Notes: a model not told the origin generated them from the sequence alone. Shown: positions 31,059 through 41,121, counted from the first letter of the stretch. The stretch is DNA of 64,000 nucleotides from Thermodesulfobacteriota bacterium (GCA_965198945.1 CBDAQI010000012.1:32001-96000), one strand, 5' to 3'. Made by a program: numbers and translations.

Positions 31059-33049
31059 TTCCCGACAAGTTTCTTTGCAATGGAGAAAATATTTTTTTCT
31101 TCAAACCCGAACTCTTTCATAACTTCGCCGCCCGGCGCCGATTCCCCGAAACTGTCAATCCCGAGAGAAAAGGTTTTTTCTCCCGCACCGGTATACCGTT
31201 TCCACCCGAAAGTTGAAGCCGCTTCAACTGAAAGACGGGTTTTTACACTTGGCGGAAGCACGGAATCTTTGTATTTCCGCGGTTGGCGGTCAAAAATTTC
31301 CCAGCAGGGCATGCTGACAACCCTTGATTTTATTCCTTCCCCGGCAAGCATTTTATGGACTTCCATACAGGGTGCGACCTCCGAACCCGTGGCAATTATT
31401 ATAATCTCCGGATTTTCTCCGCCGCCCGCAACAACATAACCGCCTCTGTGTGCCAGTGCTGAAACTGACAAATCAACATCCAGAACTGGAACGTTCTGAC
31501 GTGTGAGCGCGAGCGCAGCGGGCTTGCGCGACTCAATAATTTCGGGCCACAGGGCTCTCAGTTCATTGCCGTCAGCGGGTCTTATGACATCAACTCCGGG
31601 GGTTGCCCTGAGAGCCGCGAAATGCTCAATCGGCTGGTGTGTGGGACCGTCTTCTCCGACTCCTATGCTGTCGTGCGAAAATACATACACGACCGGTTGC
31701 CGCATCAGAGCTGACAACCTGAGCGCGGGCTTGAGATAGTCCGAGAAAACAAAGTAGCACGAAGCATATGGCCTGAGACCGCTGAGCGCGAGGCCGTTGC
31801 AGAAAGCCGCCATTGAATGCTCGCGCACACCGAAACGGAAATTTCTGCCGCTCCGTTCTTTTGCGCTGAAATATCCGGCTGATTTTATGTTGGTTTTTGT
31901 TGAATCCGCTACGTCGGCCGAGCCTCCGACAAACCAGGGGATTTTTTCGCTTATCTCTTCAATGATTTTGCCATTGCATGTTCTTGTTGCGACGGAGGTG
32001 CCGGGCTCAAAAACCGGAAGTTCACCGGCCCATCCTTCCGGCAGTCTGTTCTCGCAAATTGAGCGGAACTCCGAAGCCGGAACGGGATACGTTTTTGCGT
32101 ATTTTTCAAAAAGCGTTTTCCATTCCCGCTCAAGTCTTTCCCCTTTTTTCAGGACCGAGGCTCTGTATTCGGAAACTTCTTGAGGAATCTGGAAATCTTT
32201 TCCGGGATCAAGCCCGTAGAATTTTTTCGCCATTGCAGCCTCTTCTTTTCCCAGAGGAGCTCCATGCGCTTCGGGTGTGTTTTCCTTGCCGGGGCTTCCG
32301 AAACCTATCCTGCTTTTGATTGAGATAAGTGAAGGCAGGCTGCTTTTTGAAGCTTTGGTGAGAGATTTTTCCAGGGCCGCAAAGTCGTTAGCGTCTGAAA
32401 CACGAAAAATATCCCATCCGTAAGACGCAAACCTGTCCGTCACATTTTCCGAAAATGAAATTTCCGTTTCGCCGTCAATGGTTATGCCGTTGTCATCGTA
32501 TATCCAGACGAGGTTGTCAAGCTGCAGGTGTCCCGCAAGCGAAGCGGCCTCCGAAGTGATTCCCTCCATCATATCGCCGTCACTGAGAATGGAAAAAACG
32601 TTGTATCCGGCTATTTCAAAGCCAGGTTTATTGAAGCGGTTTGATAGCCATTTGCCCGCGGATGCCATCCCCACCGAAGTTGCCGCGCCCTGACCAAGCG
32701 GCCCCGTTGTCGTTTCAATGCCGGGTATGAGACCGTATTCGGGATGCCCCGCGCATTTTCCTCCAAGACGCCTGAATTTTTTAATGTCCGTGACAGAGAC
32801 TTCGTAGCCCGATATGTGGAGGATTGAATACAGAAGCATTGAGGCGTGCCCGGCGGACAGCACAAAACGGTCACGCGCCGGCCAGAGGGGATTTGAGGGA
32901 TTGTGCCTTATGAATCCGTCCCAAAGTTTGAAGGCGATGGGAGCAAGCGCCATCGGTGTGCCGGGGTGGCCCGACCGGGCTTTTTCAACAGCGTCAATTG
33001 AAAGACCTCTGGCACAATTGACGATTTTCATTGTTTCAGCTGTTTTCAT
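31055..33049 (-). CDS. tkt: Transketolase
   Basis: SGHPG, DRFVLSAGHAS, TTGPLGQG, SDGDMMEG, GEDGPTHQP. Confidence 0.98.
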   Translation of the reverse strand: MKTAETMKIVNCARGLSIDAVEKARSGHPGTPMALAPIAFKLWDGFIRHNPSNPLWPARDRFVLSAGHASMLLYSILHISGYEVSVTDIKKFRRLGGKCAGHPEYGLIPGIETTTGPLGQGAATSVGMASAGKWLSNRFNKPGFEIAGYNVFSILSDGDMMEGITSEAASLAGHLQLDNLVWIYDDNGITIDGETEISFSENVTDRFASYGWDIFRVSDANDFAALEKSLTKASKSSLPSLISIKSRIGFGSPGKENTPEAHGAPLGKEEAAMAKKFYGLDPGKDFQIPQEVSEYRASVLKKGERLEREWKTLFEKYAKTYPVPASEFRSICENRLPEGWAGELPVFEPGTSVATRTCNGKIIEEISEKIPWFVGGSADVADSTKTNIKSAGYFSAKERSGRNFRFGVREHSMAAFCNGLALSGLRPYASCYFVFSDYLKPALRLSALMRQPVVYVFSHDSIGVGEDGPTHQPIEHFAALRATPGVDVIRPADGNELRALWPEIIESRKPAALALTRQNVPVLDVDLSVSALAHRGGYVVAGGGENPEIIIIATGSEVAPCMEVHKMLAGEGIKSRVVSMPCWEIFDRQPRKYKDSVLPPSVKTRLSVEAASTFGWKRYTGAGEKTFSLGIDSFGESAPGGEVMKEFGFEEKNIFSIAKKLVGK

Positions 33050-33215
33050 TCATAAGTGTCCGGAGCTCAAATTGGGCAAATCATATATCAAATATCTACT
33101 CGTGAACAGACAAGAATTTTTCTTGTTTTTTAAGATTCCTATGCTAACATAAGACGATTATAAAATACGAATTACTAACTCTTGCCGAACTAAGTCATAA
33201 TACAGGGAGAGAGGG

Positions 33216-34673
33216 ATGAGCGCTGAAATGAAAAATTTGCCAAACTCATTTGACAGAGAATATTCTTTTAACTGGCCGATTTTTCCGAAAGACGAGACTG
33301 AAAGTGAGCTCAGGATAACTGAAGTCGCAATGAGGGAAGGAGCGGACGGGTTTCCCGAATCCGAATCCTCGGTTCTTTCAACCACGGAAAATGAAATAGT
33401 AGGCAGAATAAGAAGATTCTACGTTTCGGTTCTTGAGATTCTCTCAAACAAATTTATTCAGCTTGGTGAGGAAACTGCAAATATAAAAATCTTTCTGGAA
33501 AGGTTTGATTTGACACAAATTCCGGTCCAGCTTAAGGGGAAAATTGAAAGAGAAGTAATCGATGCGAATGTGACTATTAGCGGCCTTGCCTCCCAGGCCA
33601 GGATTGCCAGGGAGAATCTGGAGATTTTCAAACGCGAAAACGGTCTGGAGAGAGAGCCGATTTATTCGGATTCGTGGAGGCATATCTGGGGGCCTTTCGT
33701 CATTGTTTTCCTGTTTGTTTTTGAGGTCATATTGAACGGGGCCCTTGTCAGCGGAGTGGTTGACGGCCTCATTGGCGGAGTCGCAATTTCCATCACGGTT
33801 GCGACCATCAATGTTGTTCTTTCAGTTCTTGTCGGGAAAAATCTTTTCCCGCAGTTAAACAAAGTTCAAACCCTGGCGCGGAAATTGGGAGTGACATTAG
33901 TTTGCTTTCTATACGGGCTTTCCATCATTTACCTGAACCTTGTTTTCGGGGTGTTCAGGAGTAGCGTTCTTGAGTTGAGAAACGTAAGGTCGTGGGAGGA
34001 TGCGGGAACCGCACAAACTGTGGTGAGCGCTTTGAAACCGTGGGAAGGTCTGCCCACATTGACGGATATTCCGTCACTTTTTGTGATTGGCGTGGGGATA
34101 ACCTTTGCCATTATAGCGGCGCTTGACGGATACAGACTGGACGACCCGTACCCCGGATTCGGAGATGTTCACAGAAAGTTCACCGAAGCGGTAAAACCGT
34201 TTGAAGAGGCAAAGAAACAACTGACCGATAAAGTCCTTAAAATTATTGACGAATCCTCCGTTTTGATGGAAAACAGAATAACGGAGTTTGAATCAAAACT
34301 GGCGCGCTGGGGAACCATAGAGAACATGGCAAGGCAGCAGTTTTCAAGTTATGTGGTTTGGATAAGCCAACTGGAGCTGGATGCGAATAAATTTCTTAAC
34401 GATTACAGGGCCGCAAACATCAAAGGCAGACACTCGGTCTACAGCACAAAAAAGTCTCCGGATTATTTTGAAATGAAATGGACTTTCTCTGAGCAGGAAA
34501 AAGATCCTTCAAAAACTTTCTCTCATTTGACATATCTGCTCAATAACGGCACTGAAGCTTTTGAAAATAAAATCATTCAGACACAGCAGGAAATGATTTC
34601 CATCCGAGATGAGAGTTTTGAGAATCTGCGCAGATTCTTGCAGGCGGCTGATGAAAAATTTGAGAAAAGTTAA
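33216..34673 (+). CDS. Hypothetical 4-TM membrane protein with long N- and C-terminal helical/coiled-coil regions
   Basis: Intact 485-aa ORF with a purine-rich RBS. Four hydrophobic segments in the middle, followed by DDPYPGFG. Confidence 0.85.
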   Translation: MSAEMKNLPNSFDREYSFNWPIFPKDETESELRITEVAMREGADGFPESESSVLSTTENEIVGRIRRFYVSVLEILSNKFIQLGEETANIKIFLERFDLTQIPVQLKGKIEREVIDANVTISGLASQARIARENLEIFKRENGLEREPIYSDSWRHIWGPFVIVFLFVFEVILNGALVSGVVDGLIGGVAISITVATINVVLSVLVGKNLFPQLNKVQTLARKLGVTLVCFLYGLSIIYLNLVFGVFRSSVLELRNVRSWEDAGTAQTVVSALKPWEGLPTLTDIPSLFVIGVGITFAIIAALDGYRLDDPYPGFGDVHRKFTEAVKPFEEAKKQLTDKVLKIIDESSVLMENRITEFESKLARWGTIENMARQQFSSYVVWISQLELDANKFLNDYRAANIKGRHSVYSTKKSPDYFEMKWTFSEQEKDPSKTFSHLTYLLNNGTEAFENKIIQTQQEMISIRDESFENLRRFLQAADEKFEKS

Positions 34674-34694
34674 CATGCTGTCCAAGGGGACGGA

Positions 34695-35630
34695 ATGAAA
34701 AAGATATTAATATTTTCTTTCATATTTCTATGCGCTTTGTCGCTTTCTGCGGGAGTTGCCACGGCTGAAGAACTGCCCGTATTGCCTGCGAGTGAAAGAG
34801 ATCCCAGAACCTTTTGTCCATATGAGCCCGGGTTTTCAGATGAGCATTTGCTGATTTTTGTTGATGTGACGGACGGGATATCGGAGCAGCAGTTGAGCCT
34901 GCTTAAAAATGATGTTCTTACAGACAAGCTTCTGGAAAATGTCGGTCTTTACGGAAAGGTGTCTCTTATGGTTATGGATGGCAATGAGCCTGTCACGAGC
35001 CTTGAGCCTCAACTTACAGTCTGCCGCCCCAAAAGCGGCAAAAAAACTTCCGCTGACGCAAGAGACCATTTTGATATTTTGACCGAAAACCGTCAGAGGC
35101 TTGAGCTTGAGTATCAGATTGGCTACCTGCGCAGGTTCAGAGAGAATTCTATTAAAATAATCAAAGAGAAGGCTGAAAAAACACACAGTAAAAGCGGATC
35201 AACTCCTCTTATGGAAGCCATTCATGAAATAGCTCGTTCTTCAGCAATAGGTTTTGGTGAAGATTACGACAAGAAAAAACTCATTATAGTTTCAAATATG
35301 TATCACAATTCCGTGAGTCTTCCTCTGGATAAAATTTGCGTGAAAAGAATCTACAGGCAAAGTTTTTCGTTTTACCGCTACAGAAGCGTCTGGAAGTGTC
35401 CTTCCTTCAAAGATATTAGAAAAAAGGGAGCGAACAAGTTTTATCTGGAGACAAAAATAAGACCCAAGTTCAAAGGTGAGACTGATATCAAGCTTTGGAT
35501 TCTTCACAGGCAGCAGGAGGCCGGCGGCATTAAGGATTCCTCGCTTCTCACTTTCTGGCAGGATTATTTTGATCATGTTCTGGGAGATGTAACTCTTCTT
35601 GAACCCGAATTTGAATCCGACCCGTCTTAA
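34695..35630 (+). CDS. Hypothetical exported protein, VWA-like
   Basis: Signal peptide ending VATA-EE. LIFVDVTD, STPLMEAI and LIIVSNM match the order of the MIDAS segments. Confidence 0.75.
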   Translation: MKKILIFSFIFLCALSLSAGVATAEELPVLPASERDPRTFCPYEPGFSDEHLLIFVDVTDGISEQQLSLLKNDVLTDKLLENVGLYGKVSLMVMDGNEPVTSLEPQLTVCRPKSGKKTSADARDHFDILTENRQRLELEYQIGYLRRFRENSIKIIKEKAEKTHSKSGSTPLMEAIHEIARSSAIGFGEDYDKKKLIIVSNMYHNSVSLPLDKICVKRIYRQSFSFYRYRSVWKCPSFKDIRKKGANKFYLETKIRPKFKGETDIKLWILHRQQEAGGIKDSSLLTFWQDYFDHVLGDVTLLEPEFESDPS

Positions 35631-35646
35631 TATCCGGCTTTTTACC

Positions 35647-36366
35647 TTGTCACAAAAAATTAAAGCCGCATTGGTTACCGGTGCCGCCAAAAGAATCGGT
35701 GCGGGTGTTTGCGTTCATCTTGCCGGGATGGGGTATGATATTGCACTGCACTACCGGGATTCGTTGGAAGAAGCCCGGAAAACCGCCATGCTTGTGAAAG
35801 AGAAGGGAGTTCGTTGTGAATTGTTTCGCGCTGATATTTCCAAGCCTGCGAACGCCCGGAAGCTTGTGGAGAGAGCAAGCCGTAAATTTGGCGGTCTTTC
35901 CGTTCTTATAAACAACGCTTCGGTGTTTAAGGAATCCAAGTTCGGTGAAATAACCGAACCGATGCTTGAGGATGAAATGGCGATAAACTTCAAAGCGCCC
36001 TTCTTTGCGTCTCAAGAGTTTGCCCGGCAAAACCTCAGCGGTCTTATTGTGAACATGATTGATTCGCGTTTGATGAAAAACCACACTACGCATTTTGTCT
36101 ACAACATCAGCAAGAAGTGTCTTTATAGTTTCACTCTTGCCGCGGCAAAAGATCTTGGTCCCCGGATAAGGGTTAACGCCATTTGTCCGGGCCCGATTCT
36201 TCCCGCTGCTGATGCCGAGGAGAAAACTTTTAGAAAAATTGCCCGCCAAACCCCTTTGGGAAAAATCGGAGATGTGGCCTATATCAATATGGCCGTTGAG
36301 TATCTTGTGAAAAACTCATTTGTTACCGGTGAAACGCTTTTTGTTGACGGAGGGCAGCATCTTTGA
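35647..36366 (+). CDS. folM: Pteridine reductase / FolM-like SDR
   Basis: TGAAKRIG, NNASVF, YNISK, VDGGQHL; coupled to a folX-like gene. Confidence 0.82.
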   Translation: MSQKIKAALVTGAAKRIGAGVCVHLAGMGYDIALHYRDSLEEARKTAMLVKEKGVRCELFRADISKPANARKLVERASRKFGGLSVLINNASVFKESKFGEITEPMLEDEMAINFKAPFFASQEFARQNLSGLIVNMIDSRLMKNHTTHFVYNISKKCLYSFTLAAAKDLGPRIRVNAICPGPILPAADAEEKTFRKIARQTPLGKIGDVAYINMAVEYLVKNSFVTGETLFVDGGQHL

Positions 36367-36716
36367 CGGTAATTAAAATAGAAAACCTCAGGCTCAGAAC
36401 CATTATAGGAGTTTTTGAGTGGGAGAAAAAAAAACCTCAGGAGTTGGTTATAAACGTGGAAGTGGAGATTGACTGCCCCGACCCCGAAGCTATCGGCGAT
36501 GATATTTCCGGCACACTGGACTACAAGGGGCTTAACAAAAAAATCATCAATTTTATTGAGGGCGGAAAATTTTCCCTTCTGGAAACGGTTGCCGGGGAGA
36601 TAGCAAAAATGGCCCTGGCAGAAAAAAAAGCGCTGAAAGCAACCGTAAGGGTCAATAAACCCGCGGCTCTCAGATTTGCTGACTCGGTCTCCGTTACATA
36701 CACGGCCGGAAAATAA
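36363..36716 (+). CDS. folX: Dihydroneopterin triphosphate epimerase FolX (FolB superfamily)
   Basis: NLRLRTIIG, FSLLE and KPAALRFADSVSV resemble FolX more than FolB. Confidence 0.72.
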   Translation: MTVIKIENLRLRTIIGVFEWEKKKPQELVINVEVEIDCPDPEAIGDDISGTLDYKGLNKKIINFIEGGKFSLLETVAGEIAKMALAEKKALKATVRVNKPAALRFADSVSVTYTAGK

Positions 36717-36737
36717 TACGGAAATAGGCGCACGGGT

Positions 36738-38531
36738 TTGAAACAGTCAAAGAACTATAAGGCAAAAGGCGTAAGATGGGATTTGTCAGACCTTTTCAGA
36801 GGTGTGGACGACCCGGAAATCGCCAAGTCTCTAAGCGGCTGCATTCGCCGGGCCCGTAATTTTGAGAAAAAGTATAAAAACAAGGTTTCGGGCGCAAAAC
36901 TCTCCGCAAAAGAGTTTCTTGTCATGCTCGGAAAACTTGAATCAATAAGCGAATCTCTTGCAAAAATTTCCTCATATGCCCAGCTTCTGCACGCTTCAAA
37001 CACTGACGACCCGAAGGCGGGAGCGCTTCTGCAGTATTTGAGTGAACGGCGCGCGGAGATAAACGGGCATCTGCTTTTTTTTGATATTGAGTGGGTAAAT
37101 ACTCCCGAAAAAAAGGCGCAAACCCTTCTGAAAAACAAAACGCTTGCTCCGTATCAGCATTTTTTGGAAACAAAATTTTCCTACAAACCCCATACGCTCA
37201 CCGAGAAGGAAGAGAAAGTTGTTATGGAGAAGTCCGTCACCGGAGCGGGCGCGTTCAAGAGGCTTTTTGACGAACTTATGGCGGATATGCGTTTTGAGGT
37301 TGATATGAGAGGCAAAAAACGCAGGCTCAACGAAACCGAGGTGCTTTCACTGCTTTACAGCGCCGACGGAAAAACAAGAAAGAATGCCGCCAAAGCCCTC
37401 ACGGAAGGGTTGCGTGACAGTTCAAAGGTTCTCACTTTTATCTTTAACACACTCGCCGCCGACCATTACCTGAATGACAGAATGAGGGATTACAAAAACC
37501 CGATATCTTCAAGAAATCTTCACAACGAAGTTGATGACGAGCTTGTTGAGAGGCTGCTTGAGGCGTGCGAGGCTCACTATGGGATTGTGAGACGCTATTA
37601 CAAATTCAAGAAAAAACTGCTGGGTCTGAAGACCTTCGCCGATTATGACAGATATGCCCCGGTCTCGGCGCTGCAAAAGAAAATCAGTTTTGACGAGGCG
37701 AAAGAAACCGTTCTCGGTTCCCTGAAAAAATTCTCATCCGAGATGGAAGAAACCGCACGGCTTTTTTTCGTTAAAAACTGGATAGAAGCCGAGTGCCGGA
37801 ACGGAAAATACGGCGGAGCTTTCAGCCACTCCACGGTCCCTTCCGCACATCCGTATATTTTGATGAACTATCAGGGCTCTCCGCGTGATGTTATGACGCT
37901 TGCCCACGAGCTCGGGCACGGCATTCACCAGTTTCTTTCAAGAAAAAACGGGTATTTCCAGAGCGACGCTCCCATCACGACTTCCGAAACCGCAAGCGTT
38001 TTTTCAGAGATGCTTGTTTTTCAAGAGATAAAAAACCGCTCCGGCAGAAAAGACAGGCTGGCTCTTCTTTGCGGAAAACTTGAAGAATCTTTTGCAACCG
38101 TTTTCCGCCAGACCGTGATGACAAGATTTGAGCAGTCTTTTCATGAAGCAAGACGTTCTGAGGGCGAACTCACCGCGGCGCGCATTGGTGAGTTATGGAC
38201 GAAGGCGAACCGCGCCATGTTCGGAAATTCGGTAAGTTTGACCGCTGACTACGGGCTCTGGTGGATGTATATACCCCACTTTATACATTCTCCTTTCTAC
38301 TGTTACTCATATTCTTTCGGGCAGATTCTGGTTTTCTCACTCTATGAAGAGTATATGCGCCGCGGAAGTGAATTTGTGTCGGGATATGTTGAACTGCTTT
38401 CTTCGGGGGGGAGCGGCAAACCTCAGGAGTTAATTAAAAAGACCGGTGTTGACATATCGGAGCCGGAGTTCTGGAGCCTGGGCTTCGGTCTGCTTGAAGA
38501 CTGGCTTGAGGAAGCGGTTTCACTTGCTTGA
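36738..38531 (+). CDS. M3B oligoendopeptidase F
   Basis: WDLSDL, GKYGGAF, TLAHELGHG (HExxH), ETASVFSE, PHF, FYCYSY. Confidence 0.94.
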   Translation: MKQSKNYKAKGVRWDLSDLFRGVDDPEIAKSLSGCIRRARNFEKKYKNKVSGAKLSAKEFLVMLGKLESISESLAKISSYAQLLHASNTDDPKAGALLQYLSERRAEINGHLLFFDIEWVNTPEKKAQTLLKNKTLAPYQHFLETKFSYKPHTLTEKEEKVVMEKSVTGAGAFKRLFDELMADMRFEVDMRGKKRRLNETEVLSLLYSADGKTRKNAAKALTEGLRDSSKVLTFIFNTLAADHYLNDRMRDYKNPISSRNLHNEVDDELVERLLEACEAHYGIVRRYYKFKKKLLGLKTFADYDRYAPVSALQKKISFDEAKETVLGSLKKFSSEMEETARLFFVKNWIEAECRNGKYGGAFSHSTVPSAHPYILMNYQGSPRDVMTLAHELGHGIHQFLSRKNGYFQSDAPITTSETASVFSEMLVFQEIKNRSGRKDRLALLCGKLEESFATVFRQTVMTRFEQSFHEARRSEGELTAARIGELWTKANRAMFGNSVSLTADYGLWWMYIPHFIHSPFYCYSYSFGQILVFSLYEEYMRRGSEFVSGYVELLSSGGSGKPQELIKKTGVDISEPEFWSLGFGLLEDWLEEAVSLA

Positions 38532-38614
38532 AATGAACTGCTTTGCATTGAAACGGCGGGTCTCTGTGTTACTTTAATGAAGTTTTTGAGCGTCTTTGGT
38601 CTTTTGGGGTGTCA

Positions 38615-38743
38615 ATGGGATATTTTATAGCCTCGTGTGTTGTTACATGGCTGGCGCTTGGCTTCTATGTTCTTGTTCTTTTTTCAAAAAGCCGCCGCCT
38701 GCGTGAAAGTATTAACGAAGACGGAAATCCGACGAGGGACTGA
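38615..38743 (+). CDS. ccmD: CcmD-like small membrane protein (42 aa)
   Basis: MGYFIASCVVTWLALGFYVLVLFSKSRRLRES...: one TM helix and a basic tail, directly before ccmE; below the ORF-track size cutoff. Confidence 0.72.
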   Translation: MGYFIASCVVTWLALGFYVLVLFSKSRRLRESINEDGNPTRD

Positions 38744-38752
38744 AATTTCGGA

Positions 38753-39184
38753 TTGAGATTTGTCACAATGTTTTCTCCCGGTTTTAAGATTGCAGTTCCG
38801 GTGTTTGTGATTCTGCTTTCCGTCACTTATCTGGTTTATGACGGAGTCAGCGACACTATGGTTTATTACTTGACGGTTTCCGAACTCAAAGAAACCGCCT
38901 CTCCGGGTAAAAGATACAGGGTATCCGGGTCAGTCGCCGAAGGCAGTATTGTTAAGAAGCCGGGCGGCGAACTGACTTTTTCAATAAATGACAATGAAAA
39001 TGACAGTCTTTCTGTTTCATACAGAGGGACGGTTCCCGACACTTTCAGAGAAGGTGTTGAAGCCGTTGTCGAAGGGGTTTACCGGAATGCGGAAAATTTT
39101 AATGCGGATCTTCTTCTGGCAAAGTGTCCGACCAAATATGAGTCTGCGGCCGAAATTTATCCGGAGAGCGGCAAATCCAGATGA
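38753..39184 (+). CDS. ccmE: Heme chaperone CcmE, CxxxY type
   Basis: YYLTVSE, YRGTVPDTF, VVEG, LLAKCPTKY. Confidence 0.93.
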   Translation: MRFVTMFSPGFKIAVPVFVILLSVTYLVYDGVSDTMVYYLTVSELKETASPGKRYRVSGSVAEGSIVKKPGGELTFSINDNENDSLSVSYRGTVPDTFREGVEAVVEGVYRNAENFNADLLLAKCPTKYESAAEIYPESGKSR

Positions 39185-41121
39185 ATTTGCATGAGCTGGG
39201 TTCAGCCGCGATTTCCTTTTGTTTTTTTCTCTCTATTTATTCCCTTGTCTGCTCTTTCGCGGGAGGCGCACTGCGCAAATCCGCTCCGGTTAAAAGCGCT
39301 GAAAACGGCATTGTTGCCATTTTTTTTCTTCTGGTTATTGCAACGGCAATTCTGCTTTTTGAGCTGGTTTCTCTCAATTTTGAATTGAAATACGTTGCGA
39401 TGAACACAAGCTCCGACCTGCCGCTCATCTACCGTATTACGGCGCTCTGGGCCGGGCAGTCCGGCTCGCTGGTGCTCTGGTGCCTTATCCTTTCGGCTTA
39501 TTCCTCGGTATTTGTTCTGTATGCGCGCGCCGCCGAGGGGTGGTCTTTCAAACCATATGTTACGGGAGTTTTATCAGGCGTTTCGGCGTTTTTTATTTTC
39601 CTGATAGCTTTTATTGAAAACCCGTTTGAAACGCTTCCGTTTACTCCTAATGACGGAAGGGGGCTGAACCCCATACTTCAAAATCCCTATATGGCAATTC
39701 ATCCTTTGGCTCTTTATGTCGGCTATGTGGGTGTGACCGTTCCATATGCTCTTGGAATGGGGGCGCTTATGGGGGGGAAAGCGGATTCTTTCTGGGTTAA
39801 TCAGTCGCGCAGGTGGGCTCTTTTTTCGTGGGTGTTTCTCAGCCTGGGTTTGCTGCTCGGAGCAAGGTGGGCTTATCTGGAGCTTGGATGGGGAGGCTAC
39901 TGGGCCTGGGATCCGGTTGAAAACGCCGCTTTTATGCCCTGGCTTTCCGGCACCGCTTTTCTTCACTCAATTATGGTCCAAAAGCGAAGAAATATGTTTA
40001 TGAAATGGAACATCTGGCTGCTGTCAATCACATTTCTTCTTTCAATTTTTGGAACTTTCATAACCCGCAGCGGCATTGTTTCATCTGTTCATTCCTTTGC
40101 CCTTTCAGACATAGGCCCGATGTTCGCGGGTTTCCTTGCCTTTATGGCGGTTTTCTCGTCAGCCGTTTTTTTTCTCCAAAAAAAGAGTTTCGGTCGGGAA
40201 AGCGGATTTGATTCCGCGCTTTCAAGGGAGAGCGCTTTTGTTTTCAATAACGTCCTTTTTCTGGCTGCCGCTTTTGTGGTTTTCCTCGGAACCATTTTCC
40301 CCATTCTTTCGGAAGCCATAACGGGAGACCGTGTGCTTGTGGGCCCCCCTTATTTCAACCGTCTTAACGTTCCCATCGGTCTTGTTCTGATAGCGCTTAT
40401 GGGGGTGGGGCCTCTTCTGCCATGGCGTAAAGCCCCTTCGGCCGTTTTTTTGCGGGCATTCTCAGTTCCGATAGCCTGCGCTTTGCTGACGGTTGCGGTC
40501 CTTGTTGCCTACGGAATCAGAGAGGTGTCTGCGGTCGCCGCCTTTGCGCTGTGCGTTTTCTCATCCGTATCGGCTTTTTATGAGATTTACAAAGGGTTGA
40601 GAGTTTCAGGAATCAGGCGTTTTTTGTCTTCGGGTTCAAAAAGATACGGCGGCTATGTTGTTCACATAGGAGTTGCACTGATAGTCGCGGGTATTACGGC
40701 ATCATCCGTTTTTCCGGAAAAAAGCGAGGCTTCCCTTGTTCCGGGAGAAACATTTTCCGTCGGCGGTTACAAATTGAAATATGAGTCAATTGAGCGTCGT
40801 GTTACTCCGGCAAAAGAGGTTGTCTCCGCACGAATTGCGGTTTCAAGAGACGGGGAGACGCCGCGCATTCTCTTGGCTGAAAAAAACCTTTATATGTATA
40901 TGGGAAACAGAGAAATCAACCGGGAAACCGAGGTTGGTCTGCTGTCGTCCTGGAGAGATGATCTCTATGTTGTGCTTCTGGAGGCCGGTGAAGACGGTTC
41001 TGCCGTGATGACTGCGGTGCTCAATCCCATGGTCTCGTGGATATGGGCGGGCGGTTTTGTGGTTCTTTTCGGCGCTTTAATGGCTTTTTCCGGAATGCGC
41101 GGCGGGGAGAAATCCGGATGA
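39181..41121 (+). CDS. ccmF: Cytochrome c heme lyase CcmF
   Basis: WAGQSGS, GLNPILQ, IHP, WGGYWAWDPVEN, SVHSFA, HIG. Confidence 0.97.
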   Translation: MNLHELGSAAISFCFFLSIYSLVCSFAGGALRKSAPVKSAENGIVAIFFLLVIATAILLFELVSLNFELKYVAMNTSSDLPLIYRITALWAGQSGSLVLWCLILSAYSSVFVLYARAAEGWSFKPYVTGVLSGVSAFFIFLIAFIENPFETLPFTPNDGRGLNPILQNPYMAIHPLALYVGYVGVTVPYALGMGALMGGKADSFWVNQSRRWALFSWVFLSLGLLLGARWAYLELGWGGYWAWDPVENAAFMPWLSGTAFLHSIMVQKRRNMFMKWNIWLLSITFLLSIFGTFITRSGIVSSVHSFALSDIGPMFAGFLAFMAVFSSAVFFLQKKSFGRESGFDSALSRESAFVFNNVLFLAAAFVVFLGTIFPILSEAITGDRVLVGPPYFNRLNVPIGLVLIALMGVGPLLPWRKAPSAVFLRAFSVPIACALLTVAVLVAYGIREVSAVAAFALCVFSSVSAFYEIYKGLRVSGIRRFLSSGSKRYGGYVVHIGVALIVAGITASSVFPEKSEASLVPGETFSVGGYKLKYESIERRVTPAKEVVSARIAVSRDGETPRILLAEKNLYMYMGNREINRETEVGLLSSWRDDLYVVLLEAGEDGSAVMTAVLNPMVSWIWAGGFVVLFGALMAFSGMRGGEKSG

